This document shows positions 28,735 to 40,060 of a stretch of 64,000 nucleotides of DNA, one piece after another. How positions within the stretch are numbered: position 1 is the stretch's first letter; every line of letters begins with the position of its first letter. Below the pieces are notes generated by a model, which saw only the letters and a program-made list of their open reading frames with translations, was not told the origin of the DNA and did no database searches. The translations under genes were made by a program, and so were the position numbers. The stretch is from a virus (lineage: Duplodnaviria; Caudoviricetes), in the IMG/VR virus record IMGVR_UViG_3300031992_000039, positions 1 to 64,000 of that record; one strand, written 5' to 3'.

Positions 28735-29259
28735 TTATCTCTCAACTATAATCTGACAGCTTTCCATTACACTTAGCGCCGCCTCATGCTTCGCGGGAGT
28801 AGTACCCGCGCAACACTTCGCATCTACATAAATAGGTATATTCGGATAGGTCGCGCGCAGTATAAGCGCATTAGATATTACACAAATATCTGTACAAAGC
28901 CCTACAATTTCTATTTCAGAAGTGGCACCATAATAGTGTTCCGAAAGAAAATAATACCAATCAAGGTACCCAAAGGTATGTTTTTCTACTTCATACTCTT
29001 TATACTCAGAATATATCCCATCCACCAAGTCCCAACCATCAGTATTTATAAGACAATGGAATACGGGAAGAAGCTTGCCTTCATGAGTAGAAAGATAATT
29101 ACCATAATGGGTATCCTTTGTAAAAACTATATCATCACCCGCATTCCTATACTCCTGAATCTTTGCCTTAACCGACTCTACTATTGCCTGCGCTTCAGGC
29201 GTACCGAGCGCGCCAGTCACAAAATCATTCTGCATATCAACAACTACGAGAAGCTTCAT
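28735..29259 (-). CDS. pncA: Nicotinamidase/isochorismatase-family cysteine hydrolase
   Basis: VVDMQNDF, KDTH, HC...G, EK..FG and GLCTDICV. Confidence 0.85.
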   Translation of the reverse strand: MKLLVVVDMQNDFVTGALGTPEAQAIVESVKAKIQEYRNAGDDIVFTKDTHYGNYLSTHEGKLLPVFHCLINTDGWDLVDGIYSEYKEYEVEKHTFGYLDWYYFLSEHYYGATSEIEIVGLCTDICVISNALILRATYPNIPIYVDAKCCAGTTPAKHEAALSVMESCQIIVER

Positions 29260-29329
29260 AAGTTTATTTACCTCTTCCTTTATTTTCTATAAATATTATA
29301 GCGGCTTTTTAAGAAAAATTCAAATTATT

Positions 29330-30062
29330 TTAGCCCTCTTTCTTCATATACTCAATCTCAACCTTTATTAGACAATCACCATATCCGCCAAAAGTAACTT
29401 TTTGCTCGACAATATATCCTGTTCTCCTCAGGGCGTCCGCGACAAGACTAGCGTATGAAAGAGCATCCCAATCCTTTACATATATTTCAGTTTTCATTTC
29501 TCTCTCCTTTCATTTCCCAACAAAATTTAATCATTAAAAACTCTATCTCTAGACACACAAGACAACAGAATTATATCATCAACCAGTTTCCGCAGATCGG
29601 TTTCGCTCAAATTACCCCATATCGGATGCTTTGCCGCAAAAACATTGGTGTTGATATTGCCCTCAATTGCCCACCCGAATAGGTTTCCAACAGAGTATGT
29701 TTCGGTTTTCCATGGACAGTTTGAGTTATAACAATCGTCCGATACAGTTCCCGCTTGCATCGGACAATTAGTTTTTGTGCATCGGTTGCTCATTCTTCAT
29801 TCTTTCCGTCCCACAAAAGCGGACTCCCGTCTGCGTCGACCAACAACGTAAAGTTACCATAAGTATAAGATCCATCAGACACCGCATACATCACTCGCGT
29901 GGTCTTGTGGTAAACAACTAACCAGTTTGGGGCTTGCTCTACAATAACAAACATGCTACGCTCCGCTTCTGCGTCATAATCGGGCATATCGTAATAATTA
30001 CATGCAGTAAATATACTTATAATGAGAATAAATATAAAAATTAAAATGATTTTCTGTTTCAT
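29330..30062 (-). CDS. Three small genes (29330-29497, 29527-29793, and 29790-30062, a probable lipoprotein)
   Basis: 29790-30062 has a hydrophobic signal peptide and FTAC lipobox. Confidence 0.55.
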
Positions 30063-32685
30063 TCTTCACTCCTCTCTGGGTGTTCTTGTGCCCATCTTTT
30101 GACGATGGCAACTGCTTCTTCTGGAAAAAGCATATCATACCACTCGCAAGGGTGGTTAGTAACGCTCGGTGACATTGGACAATTTTCGCAGCATGACTTT
30201 TTTCCCGGGAGACAAAAATCGCACATCCGGCGTTTCTTCTCAAGATACTCCACAGCACTCATAGGTAGTTTAACGGCATGAATATGCTCAACATCATAAG
30301 CATTTATTATTAAGCCACCATCAATTGGATGATGATATGTTTTTGCAAGCACTTCCTCACGAAATACCAAGTCCTTATCGCTCATTCCTCGCTCCTTTCT
30401 TCGCTCCGACGAATTATAGCCTCTGCTTCATCAAGCGTCATCCGATTCGCTTCATACACAGGGCCACGCCTGCGACCGTACCCACTCATTCGCCATGCCT
30501 CATACTCGTCCTCGGGCATCCAATCAGTTATCCAATCGTCAACAATGGACGAGAAGCATCTCCACTCCTTCGTTTGCGGATGTTGAACATTAAATCTCGG
30601 CACTATTCCTCGCTCCTTTCTGGATGCTCCCGCGCCCACTTTTCAACGGCGGCAATGACATCTTCAGTAGTCCACTGAGTTACAGACTTACATGCACCAA
30701 GCAGAGGACAATCCACACACGCCATCATGGTACTGCACATGTGGTGTAGCGACTTAAAAAACTCTCTCGCGGTCATCTCGTGCGGGACGGGAGAAAGAGA
30801 TTTAATTATTTTTTCAAAGATTTCTAAATCCCTTTCGGTTATACTCCCAGTTTCACTACATAAAGTAAACAAGTCACCTAAATGATTTAAAACGTCTTTG
30901 CGGCTCACCGAATCGGTATCTCTGCACTCCTCCTCGCGGATTTCCGCCTCAATTTGACCACAGTAATCCCAATAAGCACGGTCTGTTTCTTCATCCCAAT
31001 ATCCGTTATCGCTCATCGTCTACCTCCATTTCCCAACGCATCCTCGTGTAGTCTGTAACCACTTCGTTCTCAAAGCTCTCAGCGAGCATTTTCTTTTGGA
31101 TATCAGACAACGGTCGTTCCCAATAAGCATTCCAACCATTATCTATAAACTTACTAAAACTAATTCGTACCCAACCTCGTGCGAGTAAAGCCTCATCTTC
31201 CAATTCTAAATCTCTCAAAGGATAGTTATATTGTTTTACAATTTCACACGCTTTCTCCCAGTGACAAAATGAAACGCATGGATAAATGTCACCAAGTGGA
31301 GATAACCAACAATTTTCAAGTTTCATCATTTACCTTCTTCCCAGCCCTATATCCCTGCAGCCAAGACACAATATTTGTACCCAAAACAACAATAATTATT
31401 ATTATTTCCCGCCAAGTCATTTACCTTCCCTCATATCTGCGCCACAATTGGGACAGAAGTTAACGGAATTAGAAAAACTTGTGTGTACAGTTGCACCGCA
31501 TCGATTACAATCTGCACTACTGCTTCCATCTGCTGAAAATCTAACATTCACCCACTCACCCTTTACTACGGACTTTGATTCAGTAGTTAGTGAAGAAATC
31601 GCAACATCAAGCGCTTCGATCGTAGTTTGGTCCCACCCAAAGTCATCCCTAAATCGGACTCGATGCGTCATCAGTACATTAACCGCTTCTTTGTTATCCA
31701 CTCTTTATTTTCTCCCTCATATCCGCGCCACAGTGGGCGCAGAATTCATAAACATCTGCATATTCATCTGCAAATTTATACGGTTCGTCGCAACCACATC
31801 GTGAACAAATACGGGCTCTCTTATGAGGAACGCTTATCCAATGTGCATGAACCACGGGCTTAACATCGGCGGACGGAAGTCTCTGTAAATACTCCGCATA
31901 TGTTTCAATACCCCAAACGAAGTGCTTATTTCCGTTTTCATGGTCAAGATGCTTCGATGGCTCAAGCGCTGCTTCTTTCTCGATGTACACCTTACTCATC
32001 GTTCGCCTCCGCCTCTTCAAGCGTCTCGAAAAACTTTTTCCAACACTTTTCGTATTCGCTGTTGCAATCATCGCAAAAATCTCCGCAATATCGGGTGAAA
32101 AAGTCATCGACGCGCAGTTCTCCAAAAGAAAGGTTGCACGGTGCTCCAAACCATTCTCCCAACTTTTTATATATATACAAGCTCATGCTTCCCTTCACCC
32201 TATACCGCTTCATCGTGGCGTAGGCAGCTTCCGCAGCGTTCGCAGAGTTCGCATATGGCGATGTCGCTCCGCAATTATCACATGCATACCAATACACCTT
32301 GTAGGGCCATAATCGGTCGGCATCTTTTATGTCCATCATATTCCCACAATACGGGCATTTAGGATTCTCGCTCATTATTTACCCTCTCTACTCTACCTTT
32401 ATAAAGCTCTTTCATCATTAAAGTTTTTCCATTCTGTCTCGCGCAAATTATTTGAGTCCTTGCCCCAAAATAGGCCGAAATACGCGAATGGATATTTATA
32501 TCATTTATTTTTCCTACATAGATTTCTTCGCCACATTTAGGGCAAATAGCCGCCAATTCTACATATGAAAAAATTACTCCTTGAATCCCATCGGTCACAC
32601 TATTCGCACTAAGCTCTGGGACTACGTCCTCATTACAACAGTAACAATATGTAGGCTCAAGATTAATAGGTTTTACGGATGCCAT
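30059..32685 (-). CDS. Block of Cys-rich, Zn-ribbon and Lar-like small genes typical of temperate phages (30059-30385, 30382-30603, 30603-31016, 31006-31329, 31417-31701, 31694-31999, 31992-32375, 32359-32685)
   Basis: Paralog pairs (RMC..C..CP...WA.EHPERSEE; W....CS.CG...FC..CGADMR); CPYCG...CDNCGA in a Lar-like protein. Confidence 0.65.
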
Positions 32686-34576
32686 ATAACTTTACTCCAA
32701 TTGGTCTTATCATTCTTAACTTCTTCTATATTATCCCAAACTCCACTTTTATGAGCAATAAATTCATTTACAGGAACTCCGATACCAGTTGACAAAAAAT
32801 ACTCATCTGTGAAAAATTTCATATAATTCCCAGTCTTCTTATCATAAACTACTCCATAAATATATAAAAACCCGTCTCCATTCCCTTCTCCCCAATTCAT
32901 CCAATAAGTCGAAGACTGACTAACTTGGAAACGCCCTCTCCACAACTCATCATTTAAGAGAATACGATTCCATTTTCTAAATTCTTTATTTACTCTGCGC
33001 TGGGCGCTTCTACGCTTTTTATTTCTCATTTTGCAATCCTTACTCCTATCAAAAGTCCAATTTCAAAGAACCCGCAAGCAATAATTATAAGCAACAGAAT
33101 CTTTTCAAGAATCTCCATCAATCTTCCCTCACTTTCTTATCCCTCTTCCTATCATACTTTTTCTTATCCTTAAAAACTGTCGGGCGCGGCATCAATTCCC
33201 TTTCCATGCCTCGCGCGCCAGCCAAGATTTTCAGTAGGTCTTTAGTTTTCTTATCCTGCTTACATATCTTCATCTATCCTTTCCCAGTCTGCATAGTTGT
33301 CATTATACCTATACCGCCCTGGCCCCATAATCCCACTAAGATCAAATCCAAAGTACCATTCCATGAACGCAACTGCTTCCGCCCAATCCCCAAAAATTTC
33401 TCCGCAGAAACTCCCTACATCTAAATACTCAGCCTTTTTATAAGCAATTCTTATTCCCTCAACAGTACCATCTCCTTCAAGTACTGTCACTCCGTCTTCT
33501 GCCCAAAAAGTAAATACTTCGGGGAAATGAGTAATCTTATATTCATATTTTTCACAGGCTTCCTTATAAGGAAAAATCTCGTCGTCAATAGCCTGATAAT
33601 ACTCGATCTTTTTCATACCAATCTCCTCTCTCACTCTCTATAAATATTATACCAAAATTTTTCAGGAAAATCAAATATAAAATTAAGGGTGTCGCACCAG
33701 CAACACCCCTTCTTTTAATCTTCCCTTGTAAGCAAATCCCAAAGATTATCTATTGTCGAAAGAGGCACGTCCTCTCCGTTTTCATCCGTAACCATTCCGG
33801 GGTGCCAATTCCTTCCAAAATCCAAGTCATAAACAAAATATGACAAATCATTATCGTAGTCAGAACTAATATCGCACATCTGCTCAATAAGGCCATAATA
33901 TTCCTGTACCCAACTACTTCCAATCCATTCGGGGCCCGCGGTCAATGCCTCGCCAATATCCCGTTCATCTCGACTCATAATCTCAAGTGCCGCTATCGCC
34001 CTTTTAAACTCTTCCTTTGTAAAACGCATTTATATTTCTCCTTCTCTATATATTAATTATTTTCTTTTTCTTCTATTTCTCCTGTAGATACTTTCTCCTC
34101 CATTTTTAAAACCATATCAGTTATAATTTTATGGATGTATTCTCTTGAATAAGCAGATATAACCTGCCCCGTCGGGGTCGAAGCCTGTATATCGGGAGGA
34201 GAAAAAATAATCTGTTGATATATTCGAAGTGCATCTATTGTATTCATTTAAACGACTTAAGCATGGTCTTTTTAAAAATTTCCCAAGCCTGATCTTGAGC
34301 ACACTGATATATTTTTCTTATATTTTCCATATTATCTGTAAGATCATTGGGATATATTCCGCACTCTCTACAAATTTCTGCAAGAGAAATTAAATCAGAT
34401 AGCTTATATCCTTTATAATATACTTCTTCCGCATTATCAAACTGACAAGACAAAAGTTCAGAATTACGCTTTCTTAAATCTTCATTTGAATCTTTTAATT
34501 TAAAAATAATATCCTTTATTTTTTGATTTGCTATTGTAGCTTCTTGAAGAGCCTCATATATTTCTTCTGCGCTCAT
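32673..34576 (-). CDS. Small hypothetical genes (32673-33029, 33260-33616, 33715-34029, 34053-34247, 34244-34576)
   Basis: ORFs with RBSs; internal promoter at about 33640-33675. Confidence 0.55.
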
Positions 34577-35226
34577 TCTCTCTCTCCTGTAATCAATTCA
34601 CTATAAGGAAGCGTTTCAATCCAATCACAAAAATCCTGCCACTCATTAAGCTTATGGTTTCTGCGCGAGGCATATATATTTGCCAATACCTCATAATTCA
34701 ACATCAAAGTGCGCCGCTGGTTATAACTGGAAGGTAAAAGCTGAATCATTTGCCACCACCACACCTTTTCCTTTGTTTCCAGATAATTGCGCCGAGCCGC
34801 ATTCAACATAGCAATGGTCTGGCGCAGTGAAGTCATAAAATTTATATCATTTCCATCTACATCTTGAAGCGTACGCAAATGTTCACAGGAAAAATCATCT
34901 TCTACAAATTCTTTCTCATGTATCTTATGCATTGTAGAACAACTATTACAAACTGTACCTACTTTATAAGTATCAAACTCTTTGAGCATATAAAGAGGGG
35001 CTATCATGTCAAAAGTAACATTAATCATTCGACGGAACTTTGCGTGAACAGGACCACCCTTCACTAATTTCATAGCGAGCTCGTGATCTTTTTCACCAAA
35101 TATAAAACCTTTTCCACTAAAACCCGCTTCAATACTATCACTTTTATCCCAGGAATTCATAGGATTACGAAGTCCTCTAATTGCAGCTTCCCATCCCATA
35201 ACCCCTACATTTTCAATTTTTATCAT
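34573..35226 (-). CDS. ThyX-like (FAD-dependent thymidylate synthase fold) phage protein
   Basis: H.KF.R, APLY..KEFDTY, NSCSTMH, LLP.SY and RR.H.L.EW pattern. Confidence 0.55.
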   Translation of the reverse strand: MIKIENVGVMGWEAAIRGLRNPMNSWDKSDSIEAGFSGKGFIFGEKDHELAMKLVKGGPVHAKFRRMINVTFDMIAPLYMLKEFDTYKVGTVCNSCSTMHKIHEKEFVEDDFSCEHLRTLQDVDGNDINFMTSLRQTIAMLNAARRNYLETKEKVWWWQMIQLLPSSYNQRRTLMLNYEVLANIYASRRNHKLNEWQDFCDWIETLPYSELITGERE

Positions 35227-35231
35227 TTATA

Positions 35232-35504
35232 TTATACTTTTTTCCCCCGTAATATAATCAACTCTATAAGTCCATCAAGACTATTACCCTCAAGCCTTAC
35301 CGTTTCTTCATCCTTAATCGCATAGAATCCTATACTATTCATATCTTTATATACCTTCCAATCCCAAAGCGTAAACAAAATTGGATCAATATAAGAAACA
35401 CTTTCATTTACAGTTAGAGGGTTCGCGCAATCCCAGCAAACCATTGAACCTTCAGGTACATAGGCACCGCACATTACGCATTTATCGTCCATATTGATTC
35501 CCAT
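35232..35504 (-). CDS. Small Zn-finger protein
   Basis: CVMCG...CWDC. Confidence 0.55.
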   Translation of the reverse strand: MGINMDDKCVMCGAYVPEGSMVCWDCANPLTVNESVSYIDPILFTLWDWKVYKDMNSIGFYAIKDEETVRLEGNSLDGLIELIILRGKKV

Positions 35505-35935
35505 CCTTCTTCAATCTGCGGCATAGTAAACCGCTTACTCTGCGCGAGGACGACCTCGTCAGGAACATGGCGGTCTCGCTTGGACTGATTTTCAATAGCT
35601 CTCGCGCTATCATTACCAGTTACTACACAAATCATATGCGCCATCGTACCAAACTGAGAAATTAAAGTAAATCTATCCCTTAGGCGCAAATTCATCGCAT
35701 CAAAAATTACGGTATTTCCTTCCTCAAGAAGTTTGCGTATCCTATCATATGCAATCTTGAAAACCTTGTCTCCATCTTTCTGTACACTAGCGCTCCCAAA
35801 CAGTTCTTCTCGAATTGCGTCAGTGGAAACAATTTCGGCATTCGCGATAGTTTCTTTTATGCGTTCGGCGTTATAAGATTTACCAGAGCCACTAATACCA
35901 CACATTACATAAAGTGCAGGCAACATTTTAATCAT
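35474..35935 (-). CDS. Polynucleotide-kinase-like P-loop protein (AAA_33 type)
   Basis: CGISGSGKS, STDAIR, FDAMN and R.R.VP..V. Confidence 0.8.
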   Translation of the reverse strand: MIKMLPALYVMCGISGSGKSYNAERIKETIANAEIVSTDAIREELFGSASVQKDGDKVFKIAYDRIRKLLEEGNTVIFDAMNLRLRDRFTLISQFGTMAHMICVVTGNDSARAIENQSKRDRHVPDEVVLAQSKRFTMPQIEEGWESIWTINA

Positions 35936-36110
35936 TTTAACTCCTTTTCTTCTCTTTATCGTACAAGTCTAGCAATATCCATAATCGATTCTCGTATCCA
36001 TAACGCTTCGTCATAATCAACAGGTCCAGCCCATCCTTCCTCACCATATCTGTCAATATCATTAGACTCAAAAATTTCTTTAATAGCCCATAAAAATTCT
36101 ATACAATCCT

Positions 36111-36628
36111 TCATATCGACTCCTTTCTAATAGGAGCATCTATCTTTCCTTTCTCTATCACGGCAAGCTCTTTTGCAATCCAATTTGCTCGCTCTCTCAA
36201 TGTTTCAAATTTTTCTTCGCCAATTTTATTAGCATAACCTCTCCATGTTTCAATCGTCTTATCTGCAATTTTTTTCAAACAAGAAGGACATATATTAAAA
36301 TTTTTAGAAAGCAAATCCTCTTCACATATAATACACTTATTCATTTTTACTTGCCATGTGCTATTAGTACGACATCTGTCGAATGAACTAAATAAAATTC
36401 TCCATCAATCTTAACCTGCAACTGATCACCTTCATAATCATTCCAAGTTTCTACAGTTCCTCGAACAATCGCTCCATCTGGGAGACTTATAATTGCTTCA
36501 TCATATTTCTGAATACCGTCCCAAATAGTCTTATTACAACCATTACACCCAGCGGCGCATCCACAAAATAAACACGACACAATTAAAAGACAAATTATTA
36601 TAAATTTTATGGCTACCTTATACCTCAT
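36111..36628 (-). CDS. Two small genes (36111-36344; 36347-36628, a probable lipoprotein)
   Basis: Signal peptide followed by Cys in 36347-36628. Confidence 0.55.
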
Positions 36629-36640
36629 ACATATTTCTCC

Positions 36641-37867
36641 TTACCCATGATACTTCAGCAAATACTTATTTGAAACCGCCTTGAACGATTTAACACCATC
36701 AAGACTTCTAAATACCAAACCCTCGCGCATACCACCATCTATAAGTGACTTTCCATCCGCAAATGTAACCAAATCCTCACAACTAGTCGGCAAGAAATAA
36801 CTGCGCGCGACTATCGGTACGAAAGGTATCCCAAACTCCTGCATATACTGCTTCCCGTCTATAGGATTCAAACGCTGAGTTGTACCATCCTTATATCCAA
36901 ATATTACATTAAATATGCGCAGGTCATGACCAGTAAGGCCATAATCACGCTTCTGCACACCAGCGCCGTAGACCTCACCCTGAAGCGTTATAAACACTAC
37001 ATCGCGCCCGCTCTCCATTTCAAGCATCTGCGTGAGCTTTTCCTTTATATGATACTTCTCTGCCATCTCGACATAGATATTTGTATCATAAAAACAGGGC
37101 TTATCAGGGTTATCAAACACCACATTGCGCGAACATACATGAAACTCTCGCTTCAGACCAGACTTGCGCATTGTAGCTGTGAAAGAAGAACCATCTATCT
37201 TTTCAGTTACAACCCACTCATCAAGATTGTTCGGAAATAAGAACGGCATGTTCTGCACACGCTCCTCGTCTGTTTTTACGACCCAGGCAGGCCACCCGTT
37301 CTTTTTGTCGCGTTTCTTTCCAAAAAATGCAAACAGAAGCTTCTTGCCCCAGTTTCTCTTCATCATCCAACGCCACCACTTCTTACGCGCCAGCTTCGGA
37401 TGTCTCTGCGCCATCTTCTTATACTTATCGCCAATAGATGCCTTACGCACATTATCCTCAAGTACGGCGTAAGTTACGCCCAGCTCCTTTGTGAGAAAAC
37501 GCGAATCATCTATGAAATCACGAGTGCCATTCGCATTAAAAACACAGGTTTTAGATGGATCTACCTTATAACCAAATGCGCTTACTGGCATAAGGAGTCC
37601 CTGGCTTACAACACCACGAATCTTCTGCGACTTTATCTTAAAGTGCTTCGACGCAAGAAATTCCATTGAGGCAAACGGCTCAACCTCGGGCACCTTCGAA
37701 TCTATCTCAAAATAGACAGCTATGTCGCCTCGCTTAAACTCTCCCTTACCAACAACACAATTCCAACCGCCGACATGCGCACACTCAAGCCTATCAGCAT
37801 CCATCGCACTGACATCATCTACATATACAAGGTAACAAAGCTCTCGCTCGTTTTTTGAGTTAAGCAT
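36641..37867 (-). CDS. RNA ligase, DRB0094/Rnl5-like with N-terminal OB domain
   Basis: ADRLE..W.CVV.KG.F..GD..VYFEIDS, TEKIDGSS (motif I), QGEVYG, REGLV and SFKAVS. Confidence 0.85.
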   Translation of the reverse strand: MLNSKNERELCYLVYVDDVSAMDADRLECAHVGGWNCVVGKGEFKRGDIAVYFEIDSKVPEVEPFASMEFLASKHFKIKSQKIRGVVSQGLLMPVSAFGYKVDPSKTCVFNANGTRDFIDDSRFLTKELGVTYAVLEDNVRKASIGDKYKKMAQRHPKLARKKWWRWMMKRNWGKKLLFAFFGKKRDKKNGWPAWVVKTDEERVQNMPFLFPNNLDEWVVTEKIDGSSFTATMRKSGLKREFHVCSRNVVFDNPDKPCFYDTNIYVEMAEKYHIKEKLTQMLEMESGRDVVFITLQGEVYGAGVQKRDYGLTGHDLRIFNVIFGYKDGTTQRLNPIDGKQYMQEFGIPFVPIVARSYFLPTSCEDLVTFADGKSLIDGGMREGLVFRSLDGVKSFKAVSNKYLLKYHG

Positions 37868-38050
37868 TTATTCCCAATTCTCCTCTCTATATATCTCAAT
37901 ATCATACACTCCAAAACCAAGACCGCAACCAAGATCATATCTATAAAAACCTTCTGGTCCATCATCAGAATAAGTGGTTATTTCTAAATCCATATCGTCA
38001 TATTCTTCTGGAATCTCATTAATCCATTGCTTAAATTTTTTAACAGTCAT
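37868..38050 (-). CDS. Small hypothetical protein
   Basis: 60 aa, AAAGGAG RBS. Confidence 0.55.
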   Translation of the reverse strand: MTVKKFKQWINEIPEEYDDMDLEITTYSDDGPEGFYRYDLGCGLGFGVYDIEIYREENWE

Positions 38051-38061
38051 TTAAATCTCCT

Positions 38062-38583
38062 TTAGGCCGCCGACATCATCATTTCCATAAATGCGTTTGC
38101 CATCATATCAATACTCTCATTCCAAATATCATACAGTTCCACAACCGCACTCTGATTCTCATTTATAAACCTAATTTCCCACTCATTGGCCGCGAGCTCA
38201 TCTGCTACATTCCAATAAGCCATATAGCCTTCCTTTAGCGTCTCTGCGTTATGATAAATCTTTGTCTTATCGTCAGCGCAATTATCAATAAAGCGACAGC
38301 CACCAAACTGATTCATCAGCTTGTGAATCGTACAACTATGACCCACCTCATGGAGAAAACTCAGTATATCAGCAGGGATACCCGCACACCTACAACCCTT
38401 GTTGGTCAGATATTCCTCAAACCATTCATCACTTTCGTCCTCGTTGGAAGTACCAATGTTAATGATGTGGTCAGTAATATTATAAGTAAAGTCCTTACCA
38501 AACTGAACACTCTTAACTTCATTAAGTCCATACTTCTCCAGCCAAGACATGATATTGGATTCGAAATTATCAAAAATCTGCAT
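38062..38583 (-). CDS. HEXXH zinc metallopeptidase-like protein
   Basis: FLHEVGH and downstream ELAAN. Confidence 0.65.
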   Translation of the reverse strand: MQIFDNFESNIMSWLEKYGLNEVKSVQFGKDFTYNITDHIINIGTSNEDESDEWFEEYLTNKGCRCAGIPADILSFLHEVGHSCTIHKLMNQFGGCRFIDNCADDKTKIYHNAETLKEGYMAYWNVADELAANEWEIRFINENQSAVVELYDIWNESIDMMANAFMEMMMSAA

Positions 38584-38647
38584 AGTATCCCCTCACTTTC
38601 TATAAATATTATATCAAAAGTTTAAGAAAAAATCAAATTAAAAGGCA

Positions 38648-39299
38648 TCAAATGATGCCCCTATCCTCAATTATTGTAGCCATTAACTTAGTTAAAACGT
38701 CTATTCGTTTCCAGCATAAGTCCCAATAAATATTACTATCTATAAAATTACAAAGTTTATACCTTTTATGCTTAAAAAGCCATCTACAGAGCTGAAATTT
38801 AAGCCCGTGATGCCATATCTTTTTACCCATCTTTTATCAAAACTCCTTTACCTTTCCACTGAAAATATCAACAAAGCTTATTTTGTAACCATATCCATTT
38901 TCTTTAAGAATTTCTTCATATTTAAAGACTAATTTTCCACGATATCCAATCATAATTCCCGGATATTGAGTTATTATATAAAGTTTTCCTTCACAACAAT
39001 GAAAAGCTATTGTCTCTCGGGGATTTAAACCAGCTTCATTATACCAATCCATAATAATTTCTTTAAGAGTCTTATTAATCATATAATTATTTGTCCTCTT
39101 CTATTTCCTCTGCACTGCAGATTTCTTTGAGTTCAATCCCAAAAGGAACTTGCGCAGTATAATCAATGACTCTAACTGGGGTGTCATACTTTATATTATT
39201 AGCTGTAATTTTGTACTTAGCGCCAGGCCGCAAGGAAAGATTCGTTTTATAAGAATATACTCGATAATAGTTTTCAAACTTTACCCTTACGATTTTCAT
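38648..39299 (-). CDS. Three small genes (38648-38830; 38837-39082, KH-domain-like; 39087-39299)
   Basis: 38837-39082 carries IITQYPGIMIGYRG, resembling the GxxG loop of type II KH domains. Confidence 0.55.
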
Positions 39300-39312
39300 T
39301 TTTACTCCTTTC

Positions 39313-39996
39313 TTAATCAAAAAACCCGCTATAATCAATCATTACAATTCGACCATCATGCATAAAGCCCCAATTTCCATAATGGAGATCATTTATCCCA
39401 TAAGACTCTAAGAAATCAATTAAACAATCCATATCTTCTCCAAGAAAGGCAGTTACATAATCTGCAACTTCGCAGCCAAATATAGCTGATTCGATATATT
39501 TTTCGCGTTCATCTTCGTCTGGATACTCATCTTTGGGATAGCAGCTAGATATATACCTATACATACTACTCTCAAAACTACACTCATCTAATCTCGCACG
39601 CTCTTGAAGATAAACTGCTATCCCATCAACAAAACCACAAAAATACATAGCGGCGAAATATTTATCAAGCCCACTTTCAATTGCGTACTGGTAATTATCA
39701 CATTCAGTTTTACAGTAATTAATACCTGAATTAAATCTTTTAGCACTGCGGTCGATATTAACTTTTATAACCCAATCTTCATTAGGAGTTAAAATACAAA
39801 CTTTAGAAGCTCCCCGCTCAACCCTTATATTAAGGGAATCAAGAATCGAGCAATGCGCCGTACGCCACTCCTCGAACTTAAGGTCTGTATAACCATCGTC
39901 ATATTTCTTATAAGTTATAGCCTCTTCAAAATCAAAAGAAAGGAGAACCCGCATAATACGAAGCGCCTCCTTCTCATCACTTACAGTAGGCTTCAT
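39313..39996 (-). CDS. Protein-kinase-like (ePK/APH fold) protein
   Basis: GASKVC, WVIK, conserved E, DLHYGN (catalytic loop) and IDYSG. Confidence 0.75.
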   Translation of the reverse strand: MKPTVSDEKEALRIMRVLLSFDFEEAITYKKYDDGYTDLKFEEWRTAHCSILDSLNIRVERGASKVCILTPNEDWVIKVNIDRSAKRFNSGINYCKTECDNYQYAIESGLDKYFAAMYFCGFVDGIAVYLQERARLDECSFESSMYRYISSCYPKDEYPDEDEREKYIESAIFGCEVADYVTAFLGEDMDCLIDFLESYGINDLHYGNWGFMHDGRIVMIDYSGFFD

Positions 39997-40060
39997 GCGT
40001 TTTCCCCTTTCTTTATTTTCTATATACATTATAACTAATTTTGAAGAAAAAATCAAATTT

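Noticed and set aside
32420-32450. Terminase-like Walker A motif ARQNGKT in 32359..32685
   Set aside because: Isolated near the end of a 108-aa Zn-ribbon protein with no other ATPase motifs; at most a fragment
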